Assembly (NCBI GenBank): GCA_905178155.1
Contig: CAJINV010000003.1
Location: forward strand, 5,153,700-5,217,699
Source of the DNA: Amoebophrya sp. A120
Taxonomy: Eukaryota; Protista; Dinoflagellata
DNA length: 64,000 nucleotides
Direction of reading: 5' to 3'
The notes beneath the pieces were generated by a model. That model was not told the DNA's origin, searched no databases, and worked only from the letters and a program-made list of their open reading frames with translations. Every line of letters starts with the position of its first letter. The first letter of the stretch is position 1. Shown here in pieces: positions 12,559 to 27,410 of the stretch. The position numbers and the translations under genes were made by a program.

Positions 12559-14023
12559 ATGCCGTCGGCTTCCCCGCAGCGTGGCGACCAGTCGCGAGCG
12601 CCCATGTCCCAGAGCAAGGAAGCCCTGACGGCCTCCGAGAGAGCCCAGGTGTGTGAGCAGTGGGTGCAGCAATTACGGCGCGGGGTGCAGTTGGACGGCT
12701 GGGGTCAGCTGCTGGAGGCAACCGACGAGTACACAGCCCTGGCAAGCAACATTGGGGGCGTGTACGCGCGGCTCGACAGTCGCGACAAAGACGTACTGCA
12801 TCGAGTGGTGCTATGCCTCTCTGCGCGTGTTCAGGCAATCTCTTCCACGGGACCCGTAGTGGGAACGCCTTCGCAGACCGAGATATCGAGCCAGGATCTA
12901 CGACTGCTGGAACCAACACTGCAGGAACTTCTGACTACGCCGGTGAGAGGACCGGTCGGGACCACGCGAGCAAGTGGCAGTACGGAACTTTTTTTCTGCT
13001 TTTGTTGATGTGCCTGGCTTTGCCACTTTTCTAGTATTCGGAGGGTCCAGAATTTTTTCACACTACTTGTGTACAAGTGGAGGTTCAACATCGCTCCTGC
13101 CTCGATTTACTGAGCTACATGAAATAAAGCGGCCGCCTTGTTTCCAGCTGTCCACCACCCTATGAATCAAGGCCATTTAGACGTCGATTCAAATTGAAAC
13201 GATGCGTGGCAGTCAGTCAGTTGTCACTCAGTCACAACTACAATTGCGCGCAAAACAAGAGTATATATAACCCTCGTCAACGCCATTTTCATCAGGCGCC
13301 TTTCAGCAGCAACTGCTTCCCGCCGTGGCGTCCTTTCCAATATCAAACTTCAAATGGCAATACGTGACTCCGATTGTCCCGCAGCCGGCGGAGATAACCG
13401 CCCCGGGGGAGCAAGACGAAATGCACGCGGCCGATTTTGGCTCCGCAGCACGGATGTCAACAGCACAGCACGGCCAGTTTAATAACGGTGTTGGCTCTTC
13501 CGCCGCAGCTTCCAGTTCCCTCCCCGGGCGCGCGGGGCCACCGACGGCCGAGATCGAGAGCGCACACCAGGCCATGACGCAGGTGAACGGGACGCTGGTA
13601 GTTTTGAAACTCGCGAAGATTGGGTTAAAGGACGCCGAAACCTACATCGACCCGTTTCTTACAGTGTTGGTCACCGACGGGCGAAGCAACCAGGTGATTG
13701 ACCAACACGACCTCCCCGTGAACATCGCGGAAAAACGGGCCACGCACGTCCATTTTCACGACTATGCGGTATACCTGCGGGTCAGCCTGGAGGACATGCA
13801 ACGAATGGGGAGTTCGTTGTTCTTCGAATTCAAGCACTACAAGCCAAAGAAGAAGAAGATATCCACCAGGTGCTGGTGCTTCATGGAGCTAAACGAACTC
13901 AAAAAGGACGAGGAGTGCGTGTTGGAGATCTACCACAAGCCCACAGACCTTAGGAAGAAAAAAATCAACCTTCACTCCGTCAAGCCGCTCTACTTCCATT
14001 TGAAACCGAGCTTTATGTCCTAG
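12559..14023 (+). CDS. AIDA: AIDA (axin interactor, dorsalization-associated) homolog with C2 domain; exons 12559-12979, 13296-14023 (start may be 12604)
   Basis: LDGWGQLLEATDEY (AIDA N-terminus), IGLKDAETYIDPF, FFEFKHYKPKKKKISTRCWCFME, EIYHKPTDLRKKKINL (AIDA C2); GT-AG intron 12980-13295. Confidence 0.92.
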
Positions 14024-14696
14024 CCATCGATCTTGTTTGCAGCAGCGCGACGGAGTGGTCAACTATCTTGTAGTGGGATGCGCATTAGATAAATCTCATA
14101 CATTGCTTTTTGGTGATGGTTCCATTTTTTAAAAGAATTAGTCCTCCTGTCCAAACGCGTAGAGAAAAAGGTTGAGCTAGTCCAGAAGACCGACGTGAGA
14201 GGTCCTCGCGTACTTGTACTTGGAAACACGTTTACTCGGCAGAAAAAAGTCGATGTGTTCAGTTTTTGTGTGAAAGCAAGAACGAATAGTACTCAGAAAT
14301 CGGTCCAGATCCAATGGCACGAACTGAAGACGATGGTGATGTTGCGAGCAGCGTACGATGGCAATCGATCTTGTTTGAAAGCGCGCTAAATGTCTCTTCT
14401 ACCAATGGATGCAGCTACCTTTTGAATTTGATCTACTCTGCATTGTTTTTCCTCCCCGTTTATTTTACCCATTTTGAAAAAGCATTTCAATAATTTCGAA
14501 ACAGCAATTTTCGATTCTTAGCATCGTGTTTCTTGTGTCGGCAAATAGGCTTGTTCTGAAACACATTCACCTTGTCGAAGTTGCTGTTGATAGTGAACAC
14601 GCTGAGTTTCACCTTCAGAGACTACTTATCGCTGATTTCCACCTTTTGGAACATACACTAGTTTTATTCGTCGTGCTCCAACACCGGCAAACGAAA

Positions 14697-17434
<2,738 letters not shown>

Positions 17435-18584
17435 CGGAAGAGTTCTTGCAACATCCGACAATGAAGATCTTCCTGCGACAACTACCCCGAGTCTTTTGTA
17501 CAAGAACCAGCACTTTCGTATTCGTATTGGAGCTCCTTCATCTTCAATGGTTCACTATATCCAAACAATAACGACAAAACGCGACAGTAAACGATTCTTG
17601 CTCTTCTAACAGACAAGGTACACTTGCCATGATACAAGTGTACCGAGAATGATTTTCCTTCTTCGACGGACGACACAGATCTTTGTATCTATGGGTATCG
17701 ACTAAAAAAGAAGTTCGCTTCGATCGCGACAAAGAGCAGAACACGACTTTCTTTCTTTCTTTCTTCATCGAAAATGTAACACACCCGCACAGTGTGCAAT
17801 GCAACTCCACATGCACATGCTAGTGATGATTATTTCGTCTTCTATACCCCCAATGTACCTTTTTTTGTAGAGATTGATTATTACCTTCTGAGGTAATTTT
17901 TCTAGTGAAAAGAAAAGGAAAAACTGACGAAATTATGGTATGCAGAGCGCCCGCGGAAAAGAAGCAAGGAGAGGCGATGGGTCCTGAAATGGGCGCAAAT
18001 ATTTCCGATGTCCAAAAATGATTGAAAGACCAGATTTTCTTGACAAGCTGTTTTCTGACGTTCTTCTGAAGTTTGTTACCGCCCCGGTAGGTGATTACTT
18101 TGATTGTTTTGAGAACGGATGTTGTCGCGCCCGCGATAGTACCAACCTCGCATTGTGAGCAGCCTCCTGGTTCCCTCAGGGCCTAACACTTGGTGTTCCC
18201 TTGCATCTGTGTCTGTTATCATCATCAAGGCGATGTCCAACATGTTGCATTGCATTGCATCCTGCTTCTACACGCCACATTCTCTCGCATGCGATGAACA
18301 CTTGGAAGAAGAGGTGACTTTAAATGTCTCGTCTGCTTACGGTGGGACAGAGTCAAAAGCTTGTCAGGAGTACAAAAGTTTCTCTCCGGCCAACAAATTT
18401 TTAGCTGGCTATGTTTCTCAAATGAAGATGCGTGGAACCACACGGTTCATCTTGTTCACCAACGCCCACAAGGCAACGAAGGGGTACTTATGATGAAGGA
18501 AGTACAGTGGTAACGACAAATATACTAGAAGAGCAACATTGATTCGATCTAATCAAACTCGACGTCGAAGAAACTTTTCACAAG

Positions 18585-21500
18585 ATGGCGGACGACTTCG
18601 ACGATCCGTATGGGTATGCGGATTTTAATGACATCGACGAGTACGATCCGCATGCGGTCGAGGAAGAATCTCCGGAGGAGGCTCTCGCACCAGATGCGAA
18701 GGCCGGCGACGAGCCAAGTGCGGCCGACGGGAAAGCCGCGGGTGACGCAAAGGGTAAAACGGATGCCGCTGTTGATGGAAATAAAGACAAGGCTGCAGGC
18801 GGTTCGACAAAGCCCAAGGGAGGAGAAGATGCTGCGGGAGGCTTTGTGGACACGGGAGAAAAGTTCACGGCGGACGGTCGCAAGGCGCCGCTATTGGATC
18901 TGGATTTTTCCGTCCGGGACGAGCGCGACATCGACACGCTGCGTGAATACGAGATGGACAACCTGCACAGCGGTGCGAAGCTGGTGCAGCGCCGGCCGCG
19001 GCTGCTCACCGAGATCACCGCGCGACAGCAGTTGTGGCACGGGCTGGATCACGGATCCTTCATGTTGGAACGCGTCCTGGACCTCGAGCACACGCTGGGC
19101 TTTGTGGACGACGTGAACGACATGGACAGTTGTAATTTGTTCTGCGGAGGAGCAGGTGGACCAAATAACGGAGCAGTAGCTGGCGCCAGCAGTAGTTCCT
19201 CCAGTAGCAGCAGTAGCACTTCTTCCTCGTCGACCTTCTACGGGGCTGACGTGGGCAACATTCTGGCACGGCTGACGGAGAACGAAGCCGCCCGGGCGAT
19301 ATCAACTGTAAAAATGTCTGGGTCTGGAAGAATGCAAGTTTTTGATGCAGGTTTTCCATGACCCATGAGGTCTGGAATGCGAGACCCAGCATGACAGATT
19401 TTTTGAGGTCTCTATCATGCCTTTCCTGCATGAGAAACTCCCTCTCAACTTGGTCAAAAGCGGACAGCTTTTAGTACTCACGCAACACAGTTTTTTGCAT
19501 CATTCTGATTTAGCACGACAAGTTCTAATCTTCCAGACCCAGACATTTTTACATTTGATAGGCGAAGAAGCAGGCCAACTTGGCAGCGGCGCAGAAAAAG
19601 CGCGCGCAGGATATAACCCGCTCAGGTGTTACAATCTCAAACGTTACAATAGAATATGGAAATCTGTGATGCAAGAGTGCATGATCTAGCCTCTTCCTAC
19701 AGGATTGCGCATGACAAGTTTCGGAGCTCCAAGCCGCACTATAATCTGGCGAAATTTGTATTGCAGAAAGTGGAGCGCTCTGCGAGTTTGTCATGCTCCT
19801 CATGCAAGACATATTGTAACGTCTGAGATTGTAACGTTTGAGCAGGTCATACAGGACCGGCGGCAGCTGGAGCTGCGCAAGCAGAAAGAGCAGAGCGCGG
19901 GTGAGCACCTGAACAAGAAGGGCCTCTGGGTGGACCGGTACGCGCCCGCGTCCTACATGGACCTGGTTTCGGACGAGAACACCAATCGCATCGTGCTCGA
20001 GTGGATTTCCGCCATCGAAAAGCTCAATTTCGGCAAGGCGCTCACGGCCCCGTCGGGAGAGAAGGTCGTGTGGAAACCCTGGGGCTACCAAAAGGTCACG
20101 GTGGAAGAAGCGGGCGTCGACGAGGAAAGTCACGTGCCCCGCGTCCTGCTCCTCGGCGGACCCCCCGGCGTGGGGAAAACCACCTTGGCAAGGGTACTTG
20201 TGTCCGTTTGCGTAGGTGTAGTTGTGTGTGACTGTCCAGTAGAGAAGATTTTTTGCGTAATATCTGAATGAAAGTAGTTGCGTACTTCGTCGTTTGGTTG
20301 TTGTTGATCCAAAGCGTGCGAACAGGTTTCGAGTCCTGCTCATTAGTTCTTACGTACGCTTTCTGTAAAAATTCAGGTTTTGGGAAAGCTGCGGGGCTAT
20401 CAGGTGAAAGAGTCGAACTGTTCCGAACTGCGCACGGCCGCGGAAATGGCAGCGCGCGTGAAGGAGGTGTGCAGCCTGGGCGAGAACTTCGACAGCTCCC
20501 GAGCCGCGCGACGGCGGGCGCAGCAGCGCCAGCCGGTGTTCGAAAACGGGGTGTTGTTGACGGAGAAGGAGCTGTGGATGCGGGAAAACAAGGCGCCGCT
20601 CCTGATCTTGGACGAAATCGACGGCATCGCCAAGACGAGCGGCGGAGACGGTAGCAACAAGACGATCTCGGCGCTGCTGAAGATCATTGACCAGGACAAG
20701 AAGGAGAAAGACTGCACGAAGTGGCGCATTCGGTCGCCCATCATCGCGATTTGCAATGACATGAAAAGTAAGGTGTTGATCGACCTGAAGAAGTACGCGC
20801 AGGTGGTGGAGATCGAGGGGAGCGCGAACACTAAGCTGCAGAACCGGTTGCGGGAGATCATGCGGCTGGAGAAGGTGCAGGTGCAGGAGGGCGCACTCGT
20901 CGACCTCATCCGCGAGTTCCACGCGGACATACGCGCCTGCCTCAACGCACTGCAACTCCTGTCTGCGAGTCACCCCATCATCGATACCAAGATCGTGCAG
21001 CAGTACCTGAACCGCGGGACGCTCAAGGGGGAAGACGCGCAGATCGCGGACCTCTACAAGTGCTGTCTGAGACCGCTCAGCCTCCGCGGCAAGAGGAACG
21101 TAGCCCTGGATCCCCGGAACAGGCTGATGGAACTGGCAAAAGCCTTCGAATTCCGCCCAGTCGCTTCGGTACTTATCCATACCAGCACCTGGGATGCTTT
21201 TCAATTTATTTCCTTCGACTCCGCCGCTTGATTGGTGATGGAGGGTCATCGCCGTTGAGCAGCGTATTTATTGAGTACTCACCCCCTCATAACGACGTGG
21301 CTGTACTAGTACCGATGAATTAGATATAGTACTTTTTTCTGTAAGACGAACCCCCCGTGAGTCACTGTGAAGGTCATGATGACTATACATACTTTGCAGG
21401 ACTTTCTCCGGCACTTATTTGGCGTACCGGTCCGGAAGCGTGCGCTACGAACCTCGACTGCCCTGTCCCGCTTTTCCCGAGGCGAAGGCCTGGACCACCT

Positions 21501-22716
21501 CGGTTTCGTGGAGAACGCGTGGGAACTGAAGAAATACGCCTTGTCTGTGCCCCTGCTGTACGCGAGCGCGCGGTGTGCCCCGGAGAACAGCGACCGCCGG
21601 TTTCGTGCGCGCAAAGCGACGACGGACCGGCATTTTGACCTGGTCGACAAGCGGCGCGTGTTCGAGGGCCTGATGGAAACCATCAAAAGCCCGCCCGCGG
21701 AAATCAAGCACGCGAAAGACCTGATGAGTGGACCCGCGGCCGCCGCATTTCAGGAGACGCTGGTGCAAGATGCTAGTAGTTCTTCTACGGAGATGAAACC
21801 GCGCGGCAGCACTAACGCGGCCGCGCAACAGCGCGCGAGCGCGATCCAGAACGCCAGCAAGACGAGGGGCAGCAAGAAGACCCAGATTTGCCCAGAGGAC
21901 CAGCAGGAGCTGTACGCTCTTTTCGCCAGGCTGATGCAGGTGCGAAACTACCGGGAGGTGCACAGCACCTCGCTGTCGGTGAAGAGCCGCGATCTCGCGT
22001 TTGTGGCGCTGTGCGTCAAGCCGGAAGAAGGCTTCGCGTGGCACAAGGGCTACAAGGAGCGGAGCACGATGGAGAGTCGTTTTCTCGATCCGGCTCACGC
22101 GCTGCAGCCCTTGGAAACCGCGGTGCGCCTGATGTGCGACTTTTTCTGCCAGTGGAGTTTCGACGAGTGGAGCGAGCGGTTGTGCCTGCAGCCCTGCTTG
22201 CCCTTGCTAGCTTTCCCGTACAAAAACCCCTTTGAGTTGGAGGAAATGCACGGGAGCGCGAGCCTGCTGCTCTTCGGGGACGAGAAGCTGCAGGAAGCCC
22301 GGCGACGCAAAAACGAGATCCGCAACGGGATTTTTCAGAAGGAAGCCGAGCACGAGACCAAGGTGCGACTGCAGTTGGCGCTCGAGGATCTGAACGCGGA
22401 ATTCCGTGCGCAGCAAACCAGGATCGAAGCGCAGCGTCGGGAATCGCTCAAGCGGCTTTCCGCGCTGCAAGAGGCGCGGCTCTCCGCGGCCGGCGGCTCG
22501 GGGAAGCTGGCCCAAATGCGAAAAAACAAGAAGCAGGCCAAAGCCGAGAAGCCGACGTGGCTCATGTTTCAAGAGGTACAGAAACCCGTCGTAAAGGAGA
22601 TTGCGGTCAAAAAACCCACGAAGAACCACAAAGCGCCCGTGTGGCTGCAGTACTTCGACGGCCACACTAAGGCGGTTTACCGTCCTCTGAAGATGTCGCG
22701 TTTTCTTAGCTCATGA
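18585..22716 (+). CDS. CTF18: CTF18 (RFC-like clamp loader large subunit); exons 18585-19299, 19566-19611, 19857-20193, 20377-21168, 21400-22716
   Basis: LWVDRYAPASYMDLVSDENTNR, Walker A GPPGVGKTT, Walker B LILDEIDG, RSPIIAICND, DIRACLNALQ, C-terminal WLQYFDGHTKAVYRPL; two introners and two GT-AG introns. Confidence 0.92.
19300..19560. mobile_element. Introner family B, copy B1 (261 bp) in CTF18
   Basis: TIR TATCAACTGTAAAAATGTCTGGGTCTGGAAGA / TCTTCCAGACCCAGACATTTTTACATTTGATA; direct repeat GGCGA (19295-19299, 19561-19565); removal restores frame. Confidence 0.95.
19612..19851. mobile_element. Introner family C, copy C1 (240 bp) in CTF18
   Basis: TIR TATAACCCGCTCAGGTGTTACAATCTCAAACGTTACAAT / ATTGTAACGTCTGAGATTGTAACGTTTGAGCAGGTCATA; direct repeat CAGGA (19607-19611, 19852-19856); removal gives KKRAQ-D-RRQLEL. 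Confidence 0.95.
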
Positions 22717-23196
22717 ATGTAGCTACGGCATCAAAGGGCGGTGTGGGTCTAAAATTTCATCAGTTCCGTGATGGAAATCGCAAATACACCACCATGGAAG
22801 AAACTGGAAAAAAAACAGATGAAATGCTGCGGACTAACGCATGCAAAAGTGCTGGACAGCTGCTGTTCCAGATTACGCTATTGCCCCCCGATCTTGAAAA
22901 GAAGAAACGCAAAAGTTGTATCAAGTACGATCCTGGCACTTGATGTAGCGGGTGCAACAGCCGATAGCAGAACTGTTTCTCGTTCTCGTAGTTCTTTATT
23001 TTTCCCTGCCTATTTTTATATTCCCGACAGCGTCTCTGTCATGATGCCACGTTTTTAGTAGTTCCTGTGATGGTCGAAGTCGCTGGTCTTGCGCCATGCG
23101 GCATCTGCGTGCTAGCTTTCTGAGGTTCTGAAACAGACACCTGATCTATCACCTTACTATTTCCACGATAGAACATCGTCGAGCAGAAAGAGAATC

Positions 23197-26100
23197 ATGA
23201 AGAACGTTACGCTCGGCAGCGTGGTCGAAACCACGCTTCTGGAGAGCCGGCGCTTTTTCAAGGAGGACGTGCCCGAGTTGCTCGCGCTTACCGCGCGCTC
23301 CCTGCAGAAGAACAAACTTTTCCCAACTTCTTGGAAAGAGTTCTCCTCCTACTCCCAAAGCGACTGGCTCGACGTGATTCCGGTTGTATGCGGCATTCTG
23401 GTTGCCGCATCCTGGCTCCTGTACTACCATTGGTTTCCGAACACCAATTACGGAAAGGGGGCGGCGGGCCGCTACGAATACCGCGTCACGCGGTCGGTGC
23501 TGCTTCGCGCACAGGCGCTCTGCTATTTCTGCGGCTTTCTCACGTCCGTGTACCAGCACCGCACGCTCTGGGGCGAGCACGGGTTGCTTCCTGCGAATCC
23601 GCGCTCGAACCGCCCCACCCCCATGTTCGACTGGTTCGGCTTCGGCGACCTGCAGCTGGAATTTGTGTCACTGCTGGGCTTGTTTTTCTGCGTGTTGCTC
23701 GTGAAGTACGAATCGATGTTTCCGGCGGCGGCGTGCTGGGTGTTGTACTTGAGCATCGTGAACATGCAGGCCCCCTTTACGTACAGCTACGGCTGGGAGT
23801 GGCTGACCTGCGAGGGCGGGTTCTTGGCCATCTTTCTCTGCTCCCCGCCGTTCCTGCGGAAGCCGGCCCAGCCCTCCCTGTTCGTGGTGATGCTGTTCCG
23901 GTGGCTGGCGTTCCGGCTGCTGATCGGGGCCGGCATGAGCAAGGTCGGGCGCAACAGTTCCGCCTGCTGGCGCGAGCTGACCTGCACGACCACGCACTAC
24001 TTCACCCAGCCGATCCCCAACCCGCTGAGCTGGTACTTCCACTTCCTGCCGTTTGCCGTGCACCAAATCGAGGTCGCCATGACCTTTTTCGAGCAGCTGG
24101 TCGTACCGTACATGATGCTGATGCCCTTCTATCCTATGTAAAAACGTCCCCACCCCATAGTTGTCATGCAGATCGGCGTGCTAAAAATGTTTGTCATGCG
24201 GAGCCTCATGTGAAGAATTATTTAGTCGTGTTTTGGAACTTGTAATGCTCCAATCAGCATAATAAGCTAGATCTGTGATGCTGCTGGACGAGCTAAACAG
24301 CATTACACTACGAGACCAAACTTATCATGCGAAACAACCAAAGCTGGTTGATTTGTATAGCAGATCCCCCATCTTGACTATGGAGTGGGGAGGTTTTTGC
24401 TCAGGATACCTTCCGCTGCACCCGCATCTTCGCGGGCCTGGTAGAAATTTTTTTCCAGCTCTGCATCGTCGGGACGGGCAACTACGCGTGGATCAACTTC
24501 GTGGGGGCCACGCCTTGCCTAGCGCTGTTCGACGACAGGTTTCTGCTGGATGTCTACCAGTGCGGCCCGCTCATGCTGCGGAAAATTGTTCTTGCACCCT
24601 TGACACTGTTTGCCAGTAGAAAGAAGGAAAAAAGAAATAAATCCGCGTCACTTCTAGTAGACACCGCAAAGCAAGTGCAAGAACTGCCCCAGGACGGCGC
24701 GCCGACCGCCAATCAGCTCGAGACGACACTGAAAAAGGGCGAAAGAAAGCAGGATTTAAATATGTCCGCAAGAGTGAGCATCGGTGCCATCGTCTTTGCC
24801 CCAATATCCTACTGCGCTACCGCGGTGAAGAAAGTGTACCTGTTCGTCTACGCCACTGCGGTAGTTGTGCTGACCCTGTTTATGGTGTACAAGAGCCGCG
24901 AGCCGCTGAAGGAACTGTACTCCCCCGCACCTTGGATCAATAATTACGACAACTACTTCTTCATGACGTCGCAGGGCGTGTTCGGGTTCATCAACAAGTT
25001 GCGCGTGAATCTGGTACTAGAGTACCGGTATGAAGACGACGAGGATGCGGAGTCTTCGTGGCGGCCCTTGGACTTCAAGTGCATCCCGGGGTCGCTTGGG
25101 AAGCGGCCCTGTTTGCTGTCCCCCTATCATTCCAGGCTCGACTGGGAAACCTGGATCCGCACCACTGCCTCCTTTGAGCACGTCATTGACCAGTATCCAA
25201 GGGAAGTTGTGGGCCAGGTAGGAAGTTTTCTTTCTTGTAGTAGCCCTGTGTGTCGCTGTCGTTGAGGTTCTGATCCAAAAACTCTTGGTGCCTCGAACAA
25301 ATAGACGGAAATTTGTGCTGGTGGTAGACGACCGCCTGTATCGACTTGTAACTCCAAATCTAAGAGATAGAGAAAGGGATACATTTAATAAATCAGGCAC
25401 TGCAGCAGAACCTGCCAGATTTTTTGCAAATCCTGATCGATCGCCTGCTTCATGGAGACGAGAATGTCGGGCGGCTAATGGACCATGCTAGCGTGCGTGA
25501 GATGTACTACCCTGATGGAACAACCACGACGAACGATAAAGCTGCAGGAGAGCAGCTGCAAAAAAGGTTGCCTGCCGCAATCCGGACCTCCTTTTATCTG
25601 TACGAGTTCCAAGAACTGAGTGACAAGCAAGACTGGTGGCTGGCGCCGAGCGTTGCTGTCTCCTCGGCCCTCAACTGGTACAAGCGAACCCCGCTGGACC
25701 TCCCCGGCCAGCAAGGAGTGCACACGCGCAAGGGGAAGAAGCAAACGGCGTACCCAGAGAGCGACGACTGGCGCATCACGATCTGTGTCCTCGCGGCCAT
25801 TCTGGCTGCGACCATGATGCCTTCGTCTTCAGCTCCTAGTGCTCTTTCGCTGGTAGCAGAACTGGATGGCGCGCCAGAAGAGGAGCAGCTTGCGGTTTTT
25901 ACTAGTGCTACCAGCAGAACATCAAGTACTTCTCCGTCGCTGGTAATCCGATCGAAAAAAAGTGGTGATGTCAAGACTGGTAAATCCGCAACGCTCCTCG
26001 ATGAGGAAAAGGAGCAAAAGCAATCCTCTAAACAGGCGAAAACCTCCGCGTCCAGCAGCAGCAGCAGCGGTCCCTCGGCAGGAGGAGAGGGAGAGGCCGC

Positions 26101-26638
26101 TGGTGCCAACGAGTCGTTATCCACAACAACCTCCGAAACCGAGCCGAGTCCGAAGAACTCAGAAAGCCGCCCCACCGCAGCTCCGGCACGGACGGCGGTG
26201 GGATACCGGGCGACCAGCCTGTTTCGGCAGGTCGCGGTGCTCGTCTTGGCGTGCGCGGTGTGCGGACTGTGCCTGCTGGCCGATTATCCGGGATCGTGGC
26301 TCACTGTGTTTGACACGCGCGCCCGGTCCACCGGTCGGGCCGTGCTTGCAATAAATCGCAGAGTTGTCGGCGTTCTCCGCTTGGGGTCTGTGCGAGGCGG
26401 CTTTCTACCAACGGTCGTCGCGCCCGTGGTGGGCGCTCACTACGAAACCTTGTTTCAGCTGCTCACGCTCGTGGACACGGTCTATCTGCCCTCGCACAAA
26501 AGCCTTGTTAAGAACATGACCACGGCGATCGTCGTCTTGTCGTTTCTCAAACCGCCGACGGAAATCTTCCGAACTGGCAACCTCGCGCGCGGTGCGCTTG
26601 CGATTGCTCTGGCCTACAGCGTCTCACAAGTCCAGTGA
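23197..26638 (+). CDS. Lipase maturation factor family membrane protein; exons 23197-24129, 24414-25217, 25397-26638
   Basis: LMF motifs LWGEHGLLP, YSYGWEWLTCEGGFLAIFL, FRWLAFRLLIGAGMSK, HYFTQPIPNPLSWYFH, GNYAWINF, LSPYHSRLDW; one introner and one GT-AG intron. Confidence 0.92.
24130..24408. mobile_element. Introner family A, copy A2 (279 bp) in the LMF gene
   Basis: Alignable to A1 along its length, same orientation; TATCCTATGTAAAAACGT...GGTTTTTGCTCAGGATA; direct repeat CCTTC (24125-24129, 24409-24413). Removal gives MPF-RCTRIFAG, matching the LMF family. Confidence 0.95.
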
Positions 26639-27410
26639 AATAAGTATATAAAGCGACTCCGACTGCGAAGGTTGCGACAGCCATCATGCTCATCCTTATA
26701 CATTATCTGAACGATGTGTAGACGACAGAAATTAAAAAGCAGACGGCGACGGCGCGCATCGACAATATTGACGTACTTCAAATAAAGACTTTCCCTTTCC
26801 TGTGGGTTTACTGTCGATTTTGAAGGAGCGAAGCACCTCCGCGACTACGCACGTTTGTTTGCGGGCGCAACGAATTCGTCATACGGATTGGCGCTCACGC
26901 CTAGCTCGGTGTTCCTCTAGAAAAACGCCTCGCGTTCTGCTTCCACCAAAGCAAATATATATCATGACCAGAGGGAAAATTGTGTATTCCCAGCGGACCT
27001 GTACGGTCAAAAGGAGAAGTCAGAAAGAGGGTTTGTTGCACAACTGCAAAACTTCGTTTGTTGAGTTGCGGACACCGTCAAACCGCTGCGACGGAACATA
27101 TTACATATCTGTTATCCACTCACACTCTGCAGCTGGTGGTAAACAAGCTACAAAATGGTATTTTGTTCCCGAGACTATTTCTAATTGGAGTGGGACCTGG
27201 TAGCATGACCGCGAGTGATCTACTTGGGAACTAGCAGCTACTGGAAGATGAAGATGAATCAGTCGCTCGAGGTAGCACAACGCAGAAGAAGGGGCCACTC
27301 CTGAGGCGTTGGTGGCGGCCACGTACGGGACGGTCACGGGCAGCACACCCGCCGGCGGCTCGAATTATCATGGGTACTGATAAGCCTTTGTCCGACCACA
27401 GTTGAAAACT

